Positions 54,850 through 64,000 of a stretch of DNA of 64,000 nucleotides are shown here, in pieces; the first letter of the stretch is position 1, and each line of letters starts with the position of its first letter. Below the pieces are notes generated by a model. That model did not search any database and had not been told where the DNA came from. It was given only the letters and a program-made list of their open reading frames with translations. The stretch is from the NCBI GenBank assembly GCA_964016885.1, contig OZ024742.1, positions 186,372,001 to 186,436,000 of the forward strand, given 5' to 3'. The DNA comes from Eledone cirrhosa (lineage: Eukaryota). The translations under genes were made by a program, and so were the position numbers.

Positions 54850-55145
54850 CCGATTAAATCGACCCCAATACGTGGCTAGTACTTTATTTTATCGATCCTG
54901 TAAGGATGAAAGGCAAAGCTAACCTCGGCGGATTTGAACTCAGAACGTAAAGAACCGTAAATCTATGCCGCGAAGCAGGGTGTCCGACGCTCAGTCGAGA
55001 CTGCCAATCCACCCGCCCTATACGATCTGAGTTCAAATCCCGCCGAGGTTACCTTTGCCTTTCATCCTTACGGGGTCGATAAAATAAAGTACCAGTAATG
55101 TACTGGGTAATTGGTGGCCTTGTGCCAAATGTAGAAACAATTATT
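54850..55145. mobile_element. Head-to-head Nin/Deu-domain SINE pair
   Basis: Minus 54850-55020, plus 55020-55145. Confidence 0.75.
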
Positions 55146-55177
55146 ATTAATAGTAGTATTAGTAGTAGTAGTAGTAG

Positions 55178-55245
<68 letters not shown>

Positions 55246-55863
55246 AATCCATAAAGATAGCGTTGTTCAGATGTGGATACTTCTTCCAGCCTAAAAACAA
55301 TGGACTTTGTACTATATTCTAATGATGAAGATCATACTGACGCACATTTATGATGATGATGATGATGATGAAATAGAGGCTTAGTGTGATTGCGACAAAT
55401 GAGATATATTTTGTTTAACGTTAGTCTCCAACATCAAGCCAATAAATTACATTGATACCAATTAGAGAACCATGCCTGGCTAGTTTCTCTTATCATTATC
55501 AACTCATCAGTTGAGCTAGAGACACTTAGTATAATTGTCACTTGAAACAATTACTCTGAAAACAATCGCCCATCTGTTTAAGATCTTCCTTCCTATCATT
55601 AACACATTTCAACCTTATAATCATATATTTCCCAGCGTATTATAATAGTTGAAACTACATGGACTGATATAAACCACTAATGATGAACTATACACAGAAA
55701 CTCACACCGTGATACATACATATATATATATACTATATTTCTCCATAAACGTACACATATCGTGATTGATATATATGTATATATACATATATATATACAC
55801 ATACACTATATTTCTACATAAAAGAACACATATCGTGATGGCTACACACACGCGCGCACACAT

Positions 55864-55909
<46 letters not shown>

Positions 55910-56221
55910 AGACTATATTTCTACATAAACGTACGCATATCGCAAAAAGCAATATATATGCTGTTAAGCTAAATTAATAGACTCTCTCTGGTAAAAATGA
56001 ACAAATGAAATAGAATAAAAAGATTAATGACAACAAAATGTCTACCCAACTGTTTCCTGTCTCAATTGAAGTTGGGAACTTTGTTTTCCAGTAATAATTG
56101 TTTTTATGGGTTTCTGTAAGAAACACTGAACATAACATCCATCGAATGAAACATTCATATATACTATAGTCGTCGTCGTCGTCGTCGTCGCTGTCGCCGC
56201 CGTCGCCGCCGTCGCCGCCGC

Positions 56222-56425
56222 CTTCTTCTTCTTCTTCTTCTTCTTCTTCTTCTTCTTCTTCTTCTTCTTCTTCTTCAGAGGTTCGTGAGGGCATATTCCA
56301 CAAATCCTCCTTCCAGCAGGTCCTGTCAGAAGCAACCGTTTCCAACTGATCCGGCTGGATCGTCAAGCGAGACTAACCAAGCTCATGGATGTTATCCAGC
56401 CATCTTGCTCGGGGTCTTCCCCTGG
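56222..56425 (-). mobile_element. RTE LINE 3' end with (GAA)n tail
   Basis: Homologous to 20140-20290. Confidence 0.65.
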
Positions 56426-56539
56426 ATCGCGGGTGGGGTAGGGGTAGGCTGTTTAGAATCCTTAGACACGCCTTCCAGAGGATCACACTGCTCGTATATA
56501 AAGCCAATGGAATATGTATTCTTAATTATACCAGTATCG

Positions 56540-57170
56540 GTGGGTTGGCAGTATCGGTAGAGGGTCGGACGCCATGCTTTGACGCATAGAATTACGGCCC
56601 TTGCCATTCTGAGTTCAAATCCCGCCGAGGTTAACTTTGCCTTTCATCCTTACGGGGTCGGTAAAATAGAGTACCAGTAATACCTTGGGGTAATTGCTGG
56701 CCTTGTGCCAAAAAGTAGAAACAATTTATTATACCAGTTTTCTTTAAAGTTTCACAGAAGTAAACAATCACTAATAATTGTTTCTACTTTTTGGCACAAG
56801 GCCAGCAATTATCCCAGTGTATTACTGGTACTTTATTTTATCGACCCCGTAAGGATGAAAGGCAAAGTTAACCTCGGCGGGATTTGAACTCAGTCCGTAA
56901 AGGGACGTCACTGTGCTACAAAGCATGGCATCCGACCCTCTACCGATACTGCCAATCCACCGCCCAAACAGTCACTAATAATGTTTTTGATTCAGGCATA
57001 AGGCCAGCAATTTTGGGGCAGTGGAACCCCGTGCGTTACTGGTACTTTATTTCATGGACCCAATAAAGCTAACTTGGGCGGGATTTAAACTCAGAAAGTA
57101 AAGGGCCGAAACTATATGCCACAAAGCATGTTGTCCGACGCTCTACCAATACTGCCAATCCAGCGCCCTC
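56540..57170. mobile_element. Three Nin/Deu-domain SINEs
   Basis: Plus 56540-56726, minus 56773-56965, minus 56978-57170. Confidence 0.8.
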
Positions 57171-57817
57171 ACAGTCACTAATAATAACAAATAGTGTTCA
57201 TTAAGTATAGAAACATTTAAAATATATATCAGTTCTGTGTTTCAGAGATTGTGAAACATCAGATTGAATGCTTTGTGCTATTCTTTTCGGCTCTCTACTC
57301 TCTGAGTTCAAATCCACCCTGGATCAACTTTATCTTTCATCCAGTCTAGTACTGGCGTCGATTCTTCCTCTATATCTCTTTCTCATTGCCATTCTCTTAC
57401 TCACTCTCTATCCTCCTCTGGAAGAAATCTGCTGTATTTAGACTTGGAGAGGATTGGGTTTAGCCGGCTAAATGCTTGAAGAATGCTCGAGAAATCCTGT
57501 ACGGGACCATGGATGCACTATCCCGTAGACACAACATAGCCGAATAGTCAAGAAGTTCACTTAGGTTTTCGGGGTCCGAGCTCACTGTGTGGAATTTTGG
57601 CCAGGTATTATTTATCATAGTATCGAGTAGATCCAAGTCTTGTTTATGAGACAGAAGCTGTTTGAAAGCTCATCGGATGGACTGTACCAATACTTGAAAT
57701 GTCCATCCCCTTTCAAACAGTATGCCATGTTCAATCACTCTCAGATCTCGTTAAAAGTACACGTATTTGAGGAATCTACAGCCACTCAACCACATATATA
57801 TATATATATATATAAAT

Positions 57818-57982
57818 ATAACGAAGGAATTGTGGTAAGGAACCAGATGGACCATAACGCGCCAGAGTACTCACTACTTAGGGTAGTAGAGTGGGTAATA
57901 GGAAAATGTATGACCCCGACGGCAGAGCTCAAGCCGTCGAAACGGCTTGAGCTCTGCCGTCGGGGTCATACATTTTCCTATA
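57818..57982. mobile_element. Family A fold-back mini-insertion
   Basis: Long arm then inversion at caagccgt-cgaa-acggcttg; short arm ends ttcctata in TA repeat. Confidence 0.8.
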
Positions 57983-58173
57983 TATAAATATATATATATA
58001 TGATCGTAATTTGAATGTTATATATTTCTATTAAATATATTTCTATGTGTTATGAACTTCTGATAGTATTTTTTATAATGCACACTTGGTTGAGATCCCC
58101 CAGCGCGTTTTTCAAGTTGTTCGAATTTAACCGCCAATTATGTGCATTCTGATATACGGATTTGTATTTACAA

Positions 58174-58642
58174 CAGGGCCGGATTTAGATTTGATGAGGC
58201 CCTAAGCTATTTGAGATTAATGGGGCCCTTTATATGTTATAAAAAATGTTATAAAAACTGCAAAACGTTCAATATTAAAGCAGAAAATTGTTTAAAACTA
58301 TTGCATTATTTCAGTTCTATTCAGTTCTAAAGGGCGGTGGATTGGCAGTATCAGTAGAGGGTCGGACGCCATGCTTTCCAGCATAGTTACGTCCCTTTAC
58401 GATCTGAGTTCAAATCCCGCCGAGGTTGACTTTGCCTTTCATCCTTACGGGGTCGATAAAAATAAAGTACCAGTAATGCACTGGGTATTTGCTGGCCTTG
58501 TGCCTAAAGTAGAGACAATTATTTCAGTTCTATTTTATCTTATATTTTGGAAATGTACACACCGTTCTTTTTCAATTTTTTCGGGGCCCCAAGAAAGTGG
58601 GACCCTAAGCTATACTTTAGCTTATACGTAAATCCCACTCTG
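58174..58642. mobile_element. hAT-type MITE with nested SINE (58331-58522)
   Basis: TIRs cagggccggattta / taaatcccactctg; perfect 8-bp TSD atttacaa (58166-58173, 58643-58650). Confidence 0.85.
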
Positions 58643-58698
58643 ATTTACAAAATACGATTTCTGTAAAATCATGGAGCCAGTGGCAAACGGCGATCTTG

Positions 58699-58825
<127 letters not shown>

Positions 58826-59367
58826 GTTATGCAAGAAATGCTTAGGATTATCCTGGATATGCAGTAATGGTTAATTACTACACTGGATAGAGTTGACGTA
58901 CGGTGAGGGGTTACTCAACGAGTTATGGAAGAATAGTTGAAGAAACTCAGTTCCTGATCCTTCTGTATTCCGGAGTGTAGATAAAGAATGAATAATAACA
59001 GGTAGACATCATAAAAAGGTAATTTATTCCGTGTGCTTACAAATGTTTCCACGGTGGTTATACAGCCTAGTTATGCTATGTGCAAATTTATAACTATTTG
59101 CAAAACTCAATTATCAAATGCTGTGAACAGCTACAAATTGCACTTAAGTATCCATTTATAGTGATAAGCAGGGTATTGTCTTGATATAGTTAAGAAGTTG
59201 TTATTGAGAGAAAGTAGTTAGCGAGAAAGTAATGTTATAGTTAAGGGTTCGAATGTTAAGTTATTTTATAGTGAGAGAATTTAGCCTTCAGTTTGTGGTT
59301 GCAGTATATTGATCGTTCGATTCTGTCATTTAGTAATTTATTTTTGGATTTTAAGATGTAAAAGAGT

Positions 59368-59691
59368 TGTATCGGGTCTACCACTACCTCCTTTAAATCT
59401 CGCTGGTATCGTCATCGATTCTCAATTAAACATCCTAATCACTGTTTTGTGACCACGGTCGCCAATAAAACCTGGCAACTCCGTGAACGCAACCAACAGT
59501 TCACCTTGAAATAGGATATACTTTCCAGCGCTAGCGCATATCGGAGTGGATTGAAGTACTGCAGGTTATGTAACCTTGAACTCTTTTACATCTTAAAATC
59601 CAAAAATAAATTACTAAATGACAGAATCGAACGATCATTATACTGCAACCACAAACTGAAGGCTAAATTCTCTCACTATAAAATAACTTAA
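59368..59691 (+). pseudogene. PLE GIY-YIG C-terminal part (one internal stop), not in ORF track
   Basis: CIGSTTTSFKSRWYRHRFS...TTVANKTWQL...K*DILSSASAYRSGLKYCRLCNLELFYILK...LLNDRIERSLYCNHK. Confidence 0.85.
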
Positions 59692-59912
59692 CATTCGAAC
59701 CCTTAACTATAACATTGCTTTCTCACTAACTACTTTCTCTCAATAACAACTTCTTAACTATATCCACCAGACTACAAGACAATACCCTGCTTATCACTAT
59801 AAATGGATATTTCAGAGCAATTTGTAGCCTACAACTATGAACTCAATGTACACCCATCCCATAGCTTTCGTCTGTCCCCTCTCTATCTCTATTTCTTCCT
59901 CTCTCTCCATTC

Positions 59913-59985
<73 letters not shown>

Positions 59986-60302
59986 TCTCTCTCTCTCTCG
60001 CCCTCGGTCCACCTCCCTCTCAACATCTATGAATCTGCCCTCTGTGGCAATAAATAATCCCAACTTTAACTATCAACGCATCGCTTAAGGTTGTCGCTTT
60101 GAGAGTAACCAGTATAATAAAACCCCTACCACAGCATTTTGATTAAGATATCTGTATTCTACAAACCACTCTCTCCCATTTCTCCAACCCCTGCATATCT
60201 CTCTCTCTCTCTCCCTCTACCCTTCTTTCTCTCTTCCTTTTCTACTCTATCTTCCCCAATAACCTCACTTAAGGGTATTTACATTTTATATTTTAACCAT
60301 TC

Positions 60303-60414
60303 TGCTCTGAGGAAACAGTGGTAACAGCATTTGATAATTGAGTTTTGCAAATAGTTATAAATTTGCACATAGCATAACTAGGCTGTATAACCATCGTGGA
60401 AACATTTGTAAGCA
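60303..60414 (+). ncRNA. Type I hammerhead ribozyme with ~85-nt stem II domain (family L)
   Basis: tgct-CTGAGGA-aacagtggt...accatcgtg-GAAA-catttg-TA-agca. Confidence 0.65.
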
Positions 60415-60459
60415 CAGAATAAATTACCTTTTTATGATGTCTACCTGTTATTATTCATT

Positions 60460-60517
<58 letters not shown>

Positions 60518-60625
60518 CTTCCTGCTATATCAAGCGTTAACCTAATATATCCCTTCCATATACTGTACCCATTGTGTTGTTAGTTCTGTTTACCTTTTAC
60601 ATACATACATACATATATATATACA

Positions 60626-60696
<71 letters not shown>

Positions 60697-60991
60697 CATA
60701 TATGGTTCACACATGGAAATGTTTTCAAAGTGTTTTGTAGGAGACTAGCAGTTGGCCATATATGCCAGTCTCCCACCTACACGCCAGTTTGGCACCAGTG
60801 TTATTTCAGGCGAACGGTTCTAGCCTGGAGAGGAGACTGGAGCAACGTGAAACAAAGTGTCTTGCTCAAAGAAACAAAACACCGATCGGTGCAGGAATCG
60901 AACTCATGACCTTACGATCATGAACCTAACAACTATACCAACTATATATATATACACACACAGAGACACACACACACAGACACGCACACAG

Positions 60992-61118
<127 letters not shown>

Positions 61119-62033
61119 ACACACACACACACACATATATATATACACGTGTGTGAATTTGAGTGTCTCTATCGCATTTATAAATAACTGACAAGAATGT
61201 GAAAGAAACTGGAAGAAGAAGAGAGGAAAAAAAATGAACATCGAAATATTTCCCATAAAAAAATTGAAATATATTTAAATAGAGAATGTAAAAATATGAA
61301 TAAAAAGCAAACGAGAGAAATTCAATATAAAAAATAATAAAGCGATCATAAACATCAATATCAATTGAAAAAAGATCGAAGTTTTATAGAAATAAATATG
61401 GAATACTTGTAAAGTTTCAAAGATTTTATTTTGTAGTGATTATTTTTTTGAAATTAATATTGCTAGCTACTGGGAATAAATAAATAAATGTTGAACATAT
61501 TCGTTCTTTCATTCCGTTTATGGCATTAACCCATTACCTACCTCTCTATATTATCTCCCTTGTCCTTTTACATGTGATGATGTATTACATATTTTAATCT
61601 ATGTCTGTATGTATGTATGTATGTATGTATGTATGTATTTACCCCCCCTCTCCCTCTATCTATCTATCTATCTATCTATTTATCTAACCATCTATCTCTC
61701 TGTCTATCTATCTATCTTCCTATGTATGTATCTATCTATCTACCTCTCTCTCTATCTGTCTATCCAAACATCTATCTCTCTCTATCTTTATCTATCTATC
61801 CACACACACCTACCTGTTGTATTGTATATCTTGATGTTGCAGATGTGCAACGAAAGAACTTTGTTAGACTATGAATATGTGTTTATATCTATATTATATC
61901 TGTATTTTTGACCGTTGGTCATTCAATGGTAAATATTTAGGACCGAATGAATTAACTGTGGAGATATAAAAGATACAGAAGTGAAAACCAACCAAACCAT
62001 ACTAAATTTTAGTATGCTTTCATCAGATAACAT

Positions 62034-62212
62034 ATAATTGTTTCTACTTTAGGCACAAGGCCAGCAATTAACCAGTACATTACTGGTACTTTATTTTATC
62101 GACCCCGTAAGGATGAAAGGCAAAGTTAACCTCGGCGGAATTTGAACTCAGACTGTAAAGGGACGTAACTATGCTAGAAAGCATGGCGTCCGACCCTCTA
62201 CCGATATTGCCA
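62034..62212 (-). mobile_element. Nin/Deu-domain SINE
   Basis: Family consensus match. Confidence 0.85.
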
Positions 62213-62373
62213 AAAAATATAATATTTGATGTTAAGATATTGACAAACCTTAGCGTAAAACTTAATATTATAAGCCCGCTATCGGCAGTGAGATAAAAAT
62301 ACAAATTCACAAGCGATATAAGTGAACAAGGATACATCAAAACAGAAAAGGATCGTTATTATAACTCATTGTT

Positions 62374-62480
<107 letters not shown>

Positions 62481-62526
62481 GAAATGACAGGAGGCTGGAC
62501 TTGTGTAAATCCTTGAAAGGTTTATT

Positions 62527-62568
62527 ATGCTATGATCATTTCAATGACCTGGTGACATCATCAGGTAT
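62527..62568 (-). ncRNA. Decayed minimal hammerhead motif in a ~110-bp island between TA repeats
   Basis: Minus: atac-CTGATGA-tgtcaccaggtcatt-GAAA-tgatca-TA-gcat; palindromic stem III. Confidence 0.55.
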
Positions 62569-62636
62569 TCGAAATATAATAAGTGAATGTATATATATAT
62601 GAATATATATATATATATGAATATATGAATATATTC

Positions 62637-62667
<31 letters not shown>

Positions 62668-62778
62668 CAGTATTTTCCGTTGTGTTGTAATATGTTGTAT
62701 ATATATATATATATATATTTATTTATTATTATTACTATATATATATATATATATACACACACATATATATATATATAC

Positions 62779-62892
62779 GACGGGCTTCTGCAGTTTTCGT
62801 CTACTAAATTTCACGCACAAAACATTGGACAACCGACTAGGTGCCGCGCAGTGGAACTGAACCCCAAACCACGTGGTTGCAAAGCGAACTCT
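62779..62892 (-). mobile_element. CORE-like tRNA-SINE
   Basis: Homologous to 2288-2445 and 5283-5445. Confidence 0.6.
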
Positions 62893-63249
62893 TTAAGCAC
62901 GCAGCCATGCTTGTGCCATTATATGCATGAAAAGCTTCGCGTTTATTGCGGACTTTGGTAGAGTCCACTGCATAGCCATACAGTCTTGTTTAAACATACT
63001 GAAACGTATACACCTGGAAAAAAATCAACTCTGTTCAGATCTGGAGCGGGTTGATCTTTGCCAGGTTTAAATGACCCAGACACACTGACACGCCGTATAT
63101 CACGACGGCGTCCTACTACTCTATCAGGAGTTCATGATGCATGCACACACACAAACACACACACACACACATGTTGATATATACATATGTGTGTGTATGT
63201 TTGTAATACGCACACACACACGCACACACACACAGACACACACACGCAC

Positions 63250-63339
<90 letters not shown>

Positions 63340-63458
63340 TCAGAGAAATAGTAGCGAGATAATCGAACACGTCCATATATACATATATATTTGAATATAT
63401 ATATATATATACAAATATATATATGTGTATGTGTGTGTATGCATATATATGTATATAA

Positions 63459-63578
<120 letters not shown>

Positions 63579-63790
63579 TTACCATCTGTGTATCAGCTTG
63601 TCAATGATCAAATCTGTTTTCTGACCGCAAGCAATATTATAGGGGGAGATAAGTAACCACCTAACAATAATAACAACATCAACACACACATCCTTATATA
63701 TATATATATGTTCATATATATACACAGACATATATATATATATATATGTTCATATATATATACATAGACATATATATATATATATATACA

Positions 63791-63843
<53 letters not shown>

Positions 63844-63939
63844 TTATATATACATGTGTGTGTGCGTGTGTGTGTGTGTATATATATATGCATATATACA
63901 TATACATATATATATACATATATATATATAAATATATAC

Positions 63940-63992
<53 letters not shown>

Positions 63993-64000
63993 TATATATA

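Noticed and set aside
53600-55700. Possible host exons in less repetitive sequence
   Set aside because: No ORF with recognisable homology or convincing splice pattern; small exons cannot be excluded without RNA data

Overview
AT-rich, repeat-saturated animal DNA with no host gene I can support. The tRNA-derived SINE families and extreme (TA)n/(CA)n/trinucleotide density suggest an octopus/cephalopod genome (inference). Nearly all ORFs in the track are microsatellite translations. The real coding remnants are all retroelement or transposon derived: Penelope-like element (PLE) RT and GIY-YIG fragments, a CR1/Jockey-group LINE, RTE 3' ends, R4/Dong-like fragments and a possible hAT transposase relic. 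Helitrons, hAT-type MITEs and about 20 Nin/Deu-domain SINE copies are also present. The main signal is RNA-level: about 18 type I hammerhead ribozyme (HHR) motifs from roughly a dozen unrelated sequence families, read by eye. Many have non-canonical cores (U3-A8 covariant, U4C, U4A) or very long stem II/III insertions. They sit in fold-back (asymmetric inverted repeat plus tail) insertions embedded in (TA)n tracts. Two non-coding units look like retrozyme-type circular RNA templates: a 591-bp tandem repeat with three HHRs exactly 591 nt apart (45645-47180) and a circularly permuted ~550-nt unit with a long-stem-III HHR (11351-12042). All structures were assigned manually; no folding program or database search was run.
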